Shown here in pieces: positions 1-11,711 of a stretch of DNA of 64,000 bases (position 1 is the stretch's first letter; each line of letters begins with the position of its first letter). The position numbers and the translations under genes are program-made. The notes beneath the pieces are model-generated. The model was given only the letters and a program-made list of their open reading frames with translations. It ran no database searches and was not told the origin of the DNA. The DNA is from Octopus vulgaris (taxonomy: Eukaryota): assembly GCA_951406725.2 (NCBI GenBank), contig OX597822.1, positions 88,536,001 through 88,600,000 on the forward strand, read 5' to 3'.

Positions 1-126
1 ATTTGTGACCTTGTGCCAAAATTTGAAACCAATTTTATCATCTTGTGATGAAATTATGAGGTGATGAAGTTACTGGCGACATACTTACCATTATATAATT
101 TACCAGCGAAAAGCTTACAATGAACA

Positions 127-258
127 ATACATAATACATACATACATACATACATACATACGTATACATACATACATACATACATACATACATACATACA
201 TACATACATACATACATACATACATACATACATACATACATACATACATACATACATA
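127..258. repeat. (TACA)n microsatellite
   Basis: Direct tandem TACA repeats; these explain the MYVC ORFs. Confidence 0.97.
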
Positions 259-785
259 CGTACGTACGTACGTACTAGGTTTCTCTAAGAAAGAGCAAAA
301 GAAAATGACGCGCATCCTCGAAATCCAATCTATTAGCAGCACGGTGAAAATTTGTGTGACATTCCATTGGAGACTCTATGATACACAATTGTGTATCTAC
401 AAGGACACTTATGTAAAAAGTGATGCGCACGCAAACAACAAACAAAAATAGCAAATATAGCCAGAAACTACAAACACTGCAAGTCCCGATGAAAGTATCC
501 TTCGCATATAATACGCAGAGAGTATTGCATATAATACATTGAGAGTATCGCTTTTAAAACAGGGAGGGTATTGCTTACAATAACATTAAGCATTATAACA
601 CATCGAAGGAATTTTGTGGAGGTTACTAAGTTTAGTTGAAGCCAAAATTTGATTTTCAAAGTCCTCCCTCTGAAGATGGTCAAGTAATGACTGGTAGGAG
701 TGAAGAGGTTAAATAGTAGGGAGCAGGAAGGAATAGCTTGCTGCATTGCAAAATAAGTACCAACATGGGTGAACACACTGTTTTG

Positions 786-958
786 CAGCTAAGAAGTTCG
801 TTTGAAGCCACGTGGTTTCGAGTTCAATCCACAGCGTAGTACTTTAGGCAAGTGCCACCTGCTATAATCCCAGATTGGTCAATATCTTCTGACTGGAATT
901 TTGGAGACGAAAAACAAAGATAGTTGCAAAGCGACCTCTGTGCGCGCGCCGTGTATGT

Positions 959-1023
<65 letters not shown>

Positions 1024-1169
1024 GATGTTGTATATGCAGTATAACATAGCGGTTCGACAAAGATCGATAAGCACCAGACTGAAATAAGATGGTCTTTTAA
1101 AAAAGGCTTTGAAGATTATAGTGCCCCATCATGGCCACAATACAATGACTGAAACCAGTAAAAAAAAGA
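786..1169 (+). mobile_element. tRNA-derived SINE family 2 (internal (GT)n), decayed
   Basis: Head aagaagttcg...gagttcaatccac...ggcaagtg, then tagcggttcg, and tail catggccacaa...tgactgaaac. Homologous to 27524-27934. Confidence 0.8.
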
Positions 1170-1482
1170 ATCAGTATAATATGATACATCTTTTAAAATC
1201 TGAAATTAAGCACACTAAACTATTACGTTAATGAAATTTACCGCTATCGGGCTAAAAACCATTAACGGTTTCCTCTTATTATTAACTTATTGTTATAAAC
1301 CTCAAAAAGAACGAGTATATTATCGTATAAAACACTTCCTTATCCTTTATTGTAAATATTTTCTTTGTAGTACTAAGAGGATAAGCAACTAAAAATGTTG
1401 GCAATAACTTCTATCGTAATTTCGAGAGTTTAACGGATCAAGATTTTTGACGAAATCCTCAGCACAGGCTAGTTGAAATATT

Positions 1483-2065
1483 CTTTTCTACTCTAGGCAC
1501 AAGACCCGAAATTTTTAGGGAGGGGGCAGTCGATTAGATTGACTCTAGTACGCAACTGGTACTTATTTAATCGACCCCGAAAGGATGAAAGGCAAAGTCG
1601 ACCTCGATGGAATTAGAACTCAAAACGCAAAGACAGACCAAATACTTATTTCTTTACTACCCACAGGGGGCTAAACAAAGAGAGGACAAACAAGGACAGA
1701 CAAACGAATTAAGTCGATTATATCGACCCCAGTGCGTAAATGGTACTTAATTTATCGACCCCGAAAGGATGAAAGGCAAAGTCGACCTTGGCGGAATTTG
1801 AACTCAGAATGTAAAGACAGACGAAATACCTATTTCTTTATTACCCACAAGGGGCTAAACACAGAGAGGACAAACAAGGACAGACAAACGGATTAAGTCG
1901 ATTATATCGACCCCAGTGCGTAACTGGTACTTATTTAATCGACCCCTAAAGGATGAAAGGCAAAGTCGACCTTGGCGGAATTTGAACTCAGAGTGTAACG
2001 GCAGACGAAATACCGCTAAGCATTTCGCCCGGCGTGCTAGCGTTTCTGCCAGCTCGCCGCCTTAA
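1483..2065 (-). mobile_element. SINE family 1 trimer: head-body-tailA-body-tailA-body-tailB
   Basis: tRNA-like head ggcggcgagctggcaga and B box gagttcaaattcc. Three copies of the body. TSD gctagttgaaatatt (1468-1482) / gctagtgaaaatatt (2066-2080). Confidence 0.93.
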
Positions 2066-2129
2066 GCTAGTGAAAATATTGACTTTAATATTGTTACTGA
2101 GATTAACTGCAAACATCTCTATATAATTA

Positions 2130-2338
2130 TTCTTTCTACGATAGGCACAGGGCCTGGAATTTTCGGGATACAGGAGGTAGTCAGCTGCATCGACCCCAGT
2201 ACTTGACTGGAAATTACTACGAAAGGATGAAAGGCAAAGTGAGCCTCGGCGACATTTAAACTGAGAACGTTAAGTGTCAGAAGAAATGCCGCTAAGCATT
2301 TTGTCCGACGCGCCAGCGATTCTGCCAGCCAACCACCT
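2130..2338 (-). mobile_element. SINE family 1 monomer, tail B, older
   Basis: Diverged head, body and ggccctgtgcctatcgtagaaaga tail. Confidence 0.85.
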
Positions 2339-2743
2339 AAATATCTATATAAAAGTAGCCGATATAAATGTTGGTTGGTTGGTTGGTTTCTTCAGTGTCT
2401 AAACATAGAGGAAGAGAGAGTAAAAATGACGTAGAGGTAACAAACATAAGAGGTGTAGGATAAGTGTACACAGGAGGTTTGATAGCTGTCAATGACAACT
2501 TCACGAAAAATACACATTTTAAAGATATATTTATTGCAAATATGCAAATGAGAATATTGTTTTATTTAATTTTAATATAAGGCAATAAATATTTTTTGTT
2601 TTGAAAATTTGTATTCATTTCATCATTTTTGTATAAGTACCAAGAAATTTGGTCAAAGTAAAATTCTAATTATTGTATTGTTGTATTTCGGGATGTCATT
2701 TTTTTGTTGTTGTTGCCAAATAAACACATGCACTATATATTTG

Positions 2744-3156
2744 GGATCTTTTCGGTTTGAACGGCAGTTTTTAACATAATTTCTAGGTAATTAAAAAATT
2801 TCAAACTTCGTATACTGGTAGAATGTGTTTATAAAACATCTTTTTCTCTTGCCTTTATTGAGAAAATTCTATAGTTTGTAAGATATTTGTTGTTGTTTTT
2901 TTCTTCAATTTCTGCAATTTCAACCAATCACTGACGTCTATTGAGTTAAAAAGCAATCTGTGCCGTATGAATATGTCCCTCGTTTAAGAAACAGATTGGG
3001 TTTATTTACATTTGTGAAGAAAAAAAAGATACCCTTCCCCCACCCCTAACCCTAAAAGAGATTGAAATACAATAGATCGATTCTAGGGTCATAATTATGG
3101 GTGACAATTTCATATGACACCGCTAGAAAAAACTGCCGTTCAAACCGAAAAGATCC
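2744..3156. mobile_element. MITE with ~29-bp TIRs and 8-bp TSD (Merlin-like)
   Basis: TIRs ggatcttttcggtttgaacggcagttttt / aaaaactgccgttcaaaccgaaaagatcc. TSD tatatttg on both sides. Second copy at 56339-56779. Confidence 0.92.
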
Positions 3157-3208
3157 TATATTTGTTTTTCACTCGTTTATTACTGTTCTTATTTTAACTC
3201 GTGTCCAT

Positions 3209-3253
3209 TGTCCGAAAATCTTTCGTCACTCATCTGTGACCTCTTCAGCGACA
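3209..3253 (-). ncRNA. Minimal hammerhead-ribozyme-like motif in a Penelope-type pLTR remnant
   Basis: Minus strand reads tgtcg CTGAAGA g gtcac agatga gtgac GAAA gattttc ggaca: both core boxes and a 5-bp stem II. Confidence 0.6.
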
Positions 3254-3333
3254 CTTTTCGTTTGCGTGTGTGCTCTTGCTCCACTTACTCCATTCTGCTT
3301 TTCTATGACGTGTATCCTTGTGTGCGCATGCGC

Positions 3334-3366
<33 letters not shown>

Positions 3367-4299
3367 CGCGCGTGCTTGTGTGTGTCATTGTTCATAGCAG
3401 CAGTATGGCCTTCCTCTCAGCCCCATCCTTTCACCCCGTTGTGCTGCTGTCCTAGGACCCGAAAATTAGGTACAGTTCCTGTATCTCTCTGTGTTTAGTG
3501 TGTGTTCGTCCACCGTGTTGCCATCGTGGTAGTTGTTGTTGTTATTGCCATTGTTGTCAGCGCCGCTGCTGCTGCCGTTGTTAGTCATGTTGTTGATATT
3601 GTTGCGGCCGTCTTTGAAGTTATTGTGTGTGTGTGTGTGTGTGTGCTTCTTGTGTTGTTTGTATCCATGCCCTTTATATAGATTTATTTATATTTTTTAT
3701 CTAGCTCTATTTCTTATATTTATCACAGGCGTGTGACAAATATATTTATTTATTTTATATTTATCTATCTCTATTTCTTATATGTATCACAGGTATATGC
3801 ATATATGTCTATTGTGTGTGTATTACCCTGTTTGTATGTATTTTATTTGCTTTTTTCTTTCTTCTCTTCCCTTCTGTCTTTAGTGGTGTGGTGATGGGTG
3901 TTATTGTTCCATTCGTATTTTCTATTGAGGTTCGGTCTGTCTATTGCTATGTGTGTTACCTCTGTAATCTGTCTAAGTGTCGTGTCAGTTCTATGGGTCC
4001 ATAATACTTTAACCTCTATGCTGTCAATCGAGCCTCACCATATTTCCTGATATAGTGGCAAAAGTATACTTCCAAGTAACGCTCTAATATTCTGAAAATC
4101 TAATAAACTTGTTATACCATAATCATGATAACTTTCTATGTAACGAGAGAGAGGGTGGGGAGAGACAGAGAGAGAGAGAACAGAGTTAGCTAAATTTAGG
4201 ATGATAGCTTACTGACGGTTGATAGTTCATACCTTAGCATTGACTCTGTCATGCTATTGGTTTGGCCATCTGTATATCAAAGTGAAAGTAATTATATTA

Positions 4300-5030
4300 A
4301 TAAGGTACTGCGATATACCACTGACTCGTAACCAACATATGATATCAAGAAATCCTCTTGCGAGCGTGACCTAGGCATCACTGTCAGCAGTGATTTGCGT
4401 TGGACAAAGCATATCTCTAAAATTGTCAAGAAGGCCGAGGGTGTCTTGGCATCACTCAGCAAGACTTTTGTTAGCCGCTCTCCAGCCATCTATTTAAAAC
4501 TGTATACAGCTATGGTACGACCACACTTGGAATTCGCATCATCAGTTTGGAATCCCTATCTTGCTCAGAACATTGACCTCCTGGAATCTGTCCAGAGACG
4601 TGCAACCAAACGCATACCCTCCATCAGACACCTACCATATTCTGAGCGCCTTGTTTCCCTGGGCATGGATTCACTGAAGCTCCGGCGTCTGGCGACGGAC
4701 TTGGTAAACACCCACAAGGTTATCAACCACCTCACCAACAACAACACTGAACACCTTTTTGATCTCCATGTGTCTAACACACGTGGACATGCCTACAAAG
4801 TCAGAAAACAGCACAGCTCCCATGACTTTCGGAAACATTTTTTCACGCTCAGGGTTGCTGAAGCGTGGAATAAACTGCCTGCATCAGTTGTTGACTGCCA
4901 TGACATTGCATCCTTTAAGGCCCTCATGCTTCCCGAAATCCGTCGAAACTACACCTGATTATATATACACTTTAGATGAGTTGTAGTGCACATGAGCACT
5001 GTACACAATTATTATTATTATTATTATTAT
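4300..5030 (+). mobile_element. 5'-truncated CR1-type LINE (ORF2 C-terminus, 3' UTR, (ATT)n tail)
   Basis: ORF 4395-4958 with LYTAMVRPHLEFASSVWNP, LESVQRRATK, TRGH and FFTLRVAEAWNKLP; ERDLGITVS just upstream; ends in (att)n. Confidence 0.93.
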
Positions 5031-5994
5031 GACATACTGTAAAGTATCTGCAAAATTGTTAAGAAAGATATCGCAGAGAACGTTTTCCAACTCTGAAACC
5101 TATCCTTTGCGTTCAAGATCACTATTTATAGTTATATAACCACATTCCGAAATGACTATAGATACAATTGAGAAATCATAATCTTAGTACAGACGTTGGG
5201 CTTCGATCAAATGCCAGGGTAGACATGGCGAGCTCTAAACTAGGATTCTGCAGAGATCTCTATTTGGTGATTGATAACAGAGGCTTTTACTCCAACAGCA
5301 AACGTCACTGTGGTAGCAATATATAAGACTAAGAGACAGTAGCTAAAGCATGTTATATTTAATATTCTATCTATGTTTATATAAGAACGTACATCACTAT
5401 GTAGGTAAGAGTTATATATTTTTTTATATGAGCGTATAGTTTAGGTTTGTATATGCTTATATATGAATGTTTGTATATAGATAAGGTGTTTTGTAATTTA
5501 ATAGTGTTCCTACATCCGATCGAAGGATTTTAAATAAATTTTCAGAGAACTGATTAATGTTGAGGTTATAATAAGTCCACTAGAATTGTCCTTAAACTTC
5601 TACTCGCGATAAAGGCATCAATTTTTTGGTTATGTAGACGTTTGGTAAAATTTTAAGAAAATGGCGATTTACAAGACAAGGTGGGTTGCATTAAAAACAT
5701 TTTCTTGGTGAAAACAAATTAACTGACCTCTATGTAAAACATGATTTGCATGTTGAATGTATAGCAGACGATCTTCAGATATTAGATGAACATCTTACCC
5801 GACCACCAGGGATGCAATTCATACTTTTTGTTTTTATTGAGACTTGAAAAGACTGTCAGAAAAACTGTCTCAGCATAAATGTTTTAATCTTATTTTTATA
5901 GAATTCATACTTTATTATAATGTTCATGCAGAAATTAGTTTTCGCATTTATTATATTAGCCCAACATATCATACCATTTTGGAATCAGGCTGAC

Positions 5995-6262
5995 TCCGTG
6001 AGTAAATTAAAAACATTCCGGGCCGAATCCGGACCCACAATCCTGAAATTTTGGAATCCCAAGTTTTCATTACTGTGATTGTTTTCGGCAATTTTTTATG
6101 TGACTTTTTGCGATAACAATTTTTATAATCTAAAGGCCAATTCTGTCAGTAAATTAAAAACATTCCGGGCCGAATCCGGACCTGCAATCTTGAAATTTTG
6201 GATTCCTATGTTTTCATTACTGCGATTGTTTTCGGCGGTTTTTTGGGGGTTTTTTTGCGACG
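5995..6262. repeat. Two-copy tandem repeat, period ~147 bp
   Basis: agtaaattaaaaacattccgggccgaatccggacc...ttttcattactg...ttgcga occurs at 6001 and 6148. Confidence 0.88.
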
Positions 6263-6374
6263 AATATGATCATCATTGGGATATGAGTCTGGAGGAAGCA
6301 ATTGCAACAAATTCTCCAAAATAAGTCAGAGATCTGTTTGGAGATCTTCCCATTCCGGGTCAGTTGCTTAAAAG

Positions 6375-6427
<53 letters not shown>

Positions 6428-6440
6428 CGGTTATTGTAAT

Positions 6441-7052
6441 TGTAACGGCATGTTGAAAGATGTGAAAGATGAACGAAGAACAGTGATCAAAGTTGATGTT
6501 GACTCCAATTTTTTATTTACCGTTACTTAATATAATGCCATGCCTCGACGGGCAGTTGCGTGTAAAAGTATAAGTGGAAAAGCATGAGAGGTAAAAAGTT
6601 AATTTCGGCCAGTATGTATGTACACGTTCTTATTGGAGTAGTAAACCAGAGATAATGGTAGAATGATGTTGTAAGAGAAAAGAAATTGAGCTAGCGAAAG
6701 TTATAGAGTCGAGGGAAGTTGTGTTTCATAGTTGGCTGGTTGTAACCTTCTTTCTCCCTCTGGCCGTTTGTCTTTAGTGGCTGCTTGCTTGTGGTCATGA
6801 CTCTAGTTGGTCTCTGTTCCCTAACTGATAGTCGCTCACATTAACTGATTTTGCCTTATCAATTTCTAGTATTTATAACTATCCAAAACCAGCTAGAAGG
6901 ATAGACATATTGTTGAGGACAATTGATTCTGTTGGAGGTCTGTTATCTCTATTCTAGCTTTTGGTGGCCAAGAAGAGGTTAGAAGGGTCAAGTGGCAAAG
7001 ACATTATTCTACTTAGCGAAGGCTTCTGGCAAATGTAACTACTGTCACTCAC
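6441..7052 (-). mobile_element. Possible LTR (solo or remnant)
   Basis: TG...CA ends; on the minus strand TATAAA (~6872-6878) precedes AATAAA (~6511-6516). No TSD, PBS or PPT confirmed. Confidence 0.3.
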
Positions 7053-8349
7053 AGAAAAACTATTGATTTACCGTGAGAAAAGTGCTGTTGAAATGTAAAG
7101 TGAAATTTGGCTATCGAGGATCGAATCCACGCTATGCTTGCATGAAGCCACTACATCACTCCTCTTCCAGAGAGATTCCAAGAAAAGGAAACGGACGATC
7201 GAGTAAGAGAGAGAAATGCATGGCTGAGGAAAACTTTTGCATATTAGGAGAGAGGATTCCTGAAGTGTATACGGGACAGATATCTATTCAAGTGAGTCTA
7301 AATAGCGGTATCGCTTTGCATGTCAGAATGTGCAGTCAGTGACTGGGCAGTACGGAAAAGGAGTTAGTGCGTGCGTGCGCATGAGGGCGTATACATGAGT
7401 GCAGGTGCATGTATGAAAATTCACTGTAAAATAACCTCAGGTGAGCGAGTGAGTGTATTCTCAAGCCATGATATGGTAGATCTTCCTGTAGGATTGCAAT
7501 GTGTGAAATGCCCTGAAGGTTTTTCAAAAGCAGTAGGCACAATAAAGGTGCATGTGTGTGTGTGCAAAAGGGCTCATGGTTGAGATAGTATGCTAGTGCA
7601 GTGATTTATTAAATGCCTTGAACGTACAGGAACAAAAGTGTGGCATGCTGCCTCGTTGTAAAGGACAAGTAGCTTTCTATATGTATACGTGACCGACCTT
7701 GGGTCTTACAGAGTTGTGCCTACAAGGCGCAGGGAACATGAAAAACAAGCCAGAAAGGCATGGGGTTGTGTATGAATGTGACAGTGTCAGCATGCAGGTA
7801 CATGTATTAACGTTGTGTGGTGCAGCAAAAGAAATGAACGGTACAGAAATGAGTAAACAAAAGGTATCAAACTTAGTTGAGAATAGTGTCCTTTCTTAAA
7901 AGACCAATGCTGAAAGTGAAAAAAGATGTGCATGCAAAGAAAAAGAGTTGCTGAGAGTCTATTTGAGAGTCTTATATACGTGCAAAAGTTCGTAGACAAT
8001 GCAGGGTCTGTATGTCGGGACGAGACGAAAAGGGGGTGTGTGCCGAAAAGGTTGTATGTGCGGGTTTCCATATTTTCTTCCAGTTAGTTTCTAGGGATGT
8101 AGCTGTCGAAATGATGCATTTATTGGCTTCCATGGCGAGCGAATCCTTTGTGTGTCTGCAGTGTTGCATTGTTGTGAAGTTCATCGTAGATTGCATCGCA
8201 GTATAGTGCTTTATGTTACGCGTACCGTAACAAGTGGAACGAAGGTGCATCTTGGTGGTGACAGAGGTTGTCATTCTTTTCCTCTGGTTCAGCGACTGTT
8301 GATATGAAGACTGCAGCGGCATGTAGCATTAGAAAGTAGCAATTGTTTT

Positions 8350-8630
8350 TGAACACTGGGGTCGATGGAATTGACTAAGCCCTGCCACTAAACACTGATG
8401 ACCTTGCCAAAAGTTTGAAACAATTTGACAGAATTGTTAGCGCGTCAAACAAAAAGCTTAATAACATTTCTTCCGGCTCTTTATGTTCTGAGTTCAAATC
8501 TCGCCGAGATCAGCTTTGCTTTCATCCTTTCGAGGTTGATTAAATAAAGTACCAGTCACAGACTGGAGTCGTTGTAAACGACTTCCTCCTCCCCTCAAAA
8601 TACTTGACCTTGTAACAAAATTGAAAAGAA
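8350..8630 (+). mobile_element. Two decayed SINE family 1 pieces (tail B)
   Basis: ctggggtcgat...ccttgccaaaagtttgaaac followed by a second head, body and tail. Confidence 0.75.
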
Positions 8631-8667
8631 TCATCATCATCATTATTATTATTATTATTATTATTAT

Positions 8668-9140
8668 TGAGTGAGAGAGCAGAGCATGCCATCAAAGTGA
8701 CACTAGACTACAAATGCACGAAGCCCAATATACTGATCATGATTACCCGTCTGATAAGGGTACACAGGGTACATGCATCACAACTATATGTACGCGGCGT
8801 GGTGATCTCATATCAAGATAAACAGCGCATGACATTGCAAGGGTTAGAATTTTCTTCAAGTTATGTAGCCCATCCCGCTCAAAAGGTCCCTGAATAGGGT
8901 TGTTTAAAGATGATGAACAAAACACCTGTGTTCCAGAGGTGTATTATTCAAACCCCAAAGAATTCCTCTCAACACATGGCTATGATGCTCCCTACTACTT
9001 CTACTGATGATCAGAAAGGCACATATTGTCAGCCACTAAGAGACATGCTCAACTGGTTAAGATCAAGCAACTGACAAATAAATCTATGGTATTGAGCAGA
9101 ATATTTGCTGTAGCCCATCTTTTATACTAAGACAAAAGCC
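8668..9140 (-). mobile_element. Interspersed repeat family 3 (SINE-like, (AAT)n tail)
   Basis: Ends in ctctctcactc(aat)n on the minus strand; second partial copy at 57637-57800. Confidence 0.75.
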
Positions 9141-9141
9141 A

Positions 9142-9204
<63 letters not shown>

Positions 9205-9205
9205 T

Positions 9206-9603
9206 AAGGCGGCGAGCTGGCAGAATCGTTAGCACACCGGGCAATTTGCTTAGCGGTATTTCGCCTGCCGCTACGTTCTGGGTTCAAATTCCGCCGAGGT
9301 CGACTTTGCCTTTCCTCCTTTCGGGATCTATTAAATAAGTACCAGTTACGCACTGGGGTCGATGTAATCGACTTAATCCGTTTGTCTGTCCTTGTTTGTC
9401 CTGTCTGTGTTTAACCCCTTGTGGGTAGTAAAGAAATAAGTATTTCGCCTGTTGTTACGTTCATAGTTCAAATTCCGCCGAGGTCGGTTTTGCCTTTCGT
9501 CCTTTCGGGATCGATGAATTGATTACCAGTTGCATACTAGGGTCGATCTAATCGACTGGCCACCTTCCCAAAAATTTTGGCCCTTGTGCCTAGAGTAGAA
9601 AAG
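9206..9603 (+). mobile_element. SINE family 1 dimer (tail A + tail B) within (ATT)n
   Basis: Head, body, tail A ending aaagaaata, body restarting at agtatttc, tail B gtgcctagagtagaaaaga. Confidence 0.92.
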
Positions 9604-9636
<33 letters not shown>

Positions 9637-9997
9637 GTAATGATCGGGGGTCGATGAAATAAGTAGCAGTCAAATACTGCGATCGATATAATCGACCAGC
9701 CCGTCTTCCACCCCCAAATTTCAGGCCTTGTGCCTATTGTAGAAATGGTTATTAGGGTAATTAATGAACGGCAAAATCGATAGTGTGCCAGACGAAATGC
9801 CTTTTTGTACGTAAACATTTTTGTTATGTCCATTCCTGCAACAAGTTTAAATCCCGCCGATGTCTATTTTGACATTCGCCTTGTTTATGTATCAGTATAA
9901 TATGTTTAGGGATCAATATTATAAACGCTGGTCATATTACTGAAGTAGATTCAGTCGATTAAATCCGCCAATCCTCACCTTTAAACTCTCTTGATTG

Positions 9998-10450
9998 TGG
10001 TGGGCTGGTAGCAACGTTAGCGCATCGGACAAAATGCCTTGCGGTATTATGTTACGACCCGAGAGAAGGCGGAGAGCTGGTAGAATCGTTAGCACGTCGG
10101 GCGAAATGCTTAGCGGTATTTCGTCTGCCGTTACGTTGTGAGTTCAAATTCCGCCGAGGTCGACTTTACTTTTCATCCTTTCGGGGTCGATAAATTAAGT
10201 ACCAGTTACGCACTGGGGTCGATGTAATCGACTTAATACCTATGTCTGTCCTTGTTTGTCCCTTCTATGTTTAGCCCCTTGTGGGTAATAAAGAAATAGG
10301 TATTATGTTACGATCCGTTAAGTTTCATGTTAAAATCCCACCATAGTCAATTTTGCCTTTCATCCTTTCATGATCGATCAAATAAAAAATCAGTGAAATG
10401 CCGGAGCAGATATACTATACCTGTCACAAAAATTTGAGGAATTCTATAAT
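9998..10450 (+). mobile_element. Old SINE family 1 copy hosting a young tail-A copy (10065-10298)
   Basis: TSD ggtattatgttacgacccg (10043-10061) / ggtattatgttacgatccg (10299-10317). Confidence 0.9.
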
Positions 10451-10464
10451 TATTATCATTGGTC

Positions 10465-10625
10465 CAAGCTGGTAGAACCGTTAGCATGCTTAGCGGCATT
10501 CCATCCGCCTTTACATTCTAAGTTCAAATTCTGTCGAGGTCCCTTCAGGGTCGATAAAATAAGTACAGGTGGAGCACTAGGGTTCATGTAATCGACTTAT
10601 CCTCTCCGCCGAAATTGCTGGTTTT
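10465..10625 (+). mobile_element. Decayed SINE family 1 monomer
   Basis: agctggtagaaccgttagc...gttcaaatt...ggggtcgataaaataagtac. Confidence 0.75.
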
Positions 10626-10810
10626 GGATCGAACTCACGCCCTTACGACCGTGAACCAAATACCCTAACATCACGATATGCAGAACATACATTTGATCAC
10701 TATAAACAAATCATTGATGCAGATCGTTCAGTAAAAACTGAACACTCATACGTTGTCTTCGACGGGAGATTCCATCATATTATTATTATTATTACTATTA
10801 CTATTATGAA

Positions 10811-11628
10811 GAGGCGGCGAGCTGGCAGAATCGTTAGCACACCGGGCAATTTGCTTAGCGGTATTTCGCCTGCCGCTACGTTCTGGGTTCAAATTCCGCC
10901 GAGATCGACTTTGCCTTTCCTCCTTTCGGTATCGATTAAATAAGTACCAGTTCTTTACTACCCACAATGGACTAAACATAGAGGGGACAAACAAAGACAG
11001 ACAAAGGGATTAAGTCGATTACATCGACCCCAGTGCGAAACTGGTACTTAATTTATCGACCCCGAAAGGATGAAAGGCAAAGTCGACCTCGGCAGAATTT
11101 GAACTCACAACGTAACGGCAGACGAAATACGGCTACGCGTTTCGCCCGGCGTGCTAACGTTTCTGCCAGCTCGCTGCCTTAAATAACTACCAGTTATACA
11201 CTGGGGTCGATATAATCAACTTAATCCGTTTGTCTGTACTTGTTTGTCCCCTCTGTGGGTGTTTACCCCCTTGTGGGTAGTAAAGAAATAGGTATTTCGT
11301 CTGCCTTTACGTTCTGAGTTCAAATTCCGCCGAGGTCGACTTTGCCTTTCATCCTTTTGGGGTCGATTAAATAAGTACCAGTTACGCAATGGGGTCGATA
11401 TAATCGACTTAATCCGTTTGTCTGTCCTCTCTGTATTTAGCCCCTTGTGGGTAGTAAAGAAATAGGTATTTCGTCCAGCTTTATGTTCTGGGTTCAAATT
11501 CCTCCGAAGTAGACTTTGCCTTTCATCCTGTCAAAATTGATAAAATAAGTACCAGTTGAGCACTTGGGTCGATGTAATCGACTTAGCCCCTTGCCCGAAA
11601 TTGTTGGCCTTGTGCCAAAATTTGGAAC

Positions 11629-11630
<2 letters not shown>
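10811..11630 (+). mobile_element. SINE family 1 trimer (A, A, B) interrupted by an antisense tail-A copy
   Basis: Junctions aaagaaata|ggtatttc at 11291 and 11465. Confidence 0.9.
10953..11180 (-). mobile_element. SINE family 1 tail-A monomer inserted antisense into a SINE
   Basis: TSD ttaaataagtaccagtt (10936-10952) / ttaaataactaccagtt (11179-11195). Confidence 0.92.
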
Positions 11631-11707
<77 letters not shown>

Positions 11708-11711
11708 TGTA

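Noticed and set aside
38-342. MYVC, YIYI, THTH and SIYL ORFs here and at 13805, 22033-24340, 28187 and 41975
   Set aside because: They are translations of microsatellites with no coding signal.
10625-10670. tRNA-like sequence on the minus strand, and other B-box motifs
   Set aside because: No complete cloverleaf; these are SINE heads, not tRNA genes.
10746-11497. Recurrent RNWYLFNRPRKDERQSRPRRNLNSE peptide ORFs (also 24633, 26526, 53421)
   Set aside because: Antisense translations of the SINE; frames are not conserved between copies.
10811-11630. CRISPR-like or satellite reading of the regular ~175-185 bp repeats
   Set aside because: There are no unique spacers and no cas genes; the units are SINE bodies.
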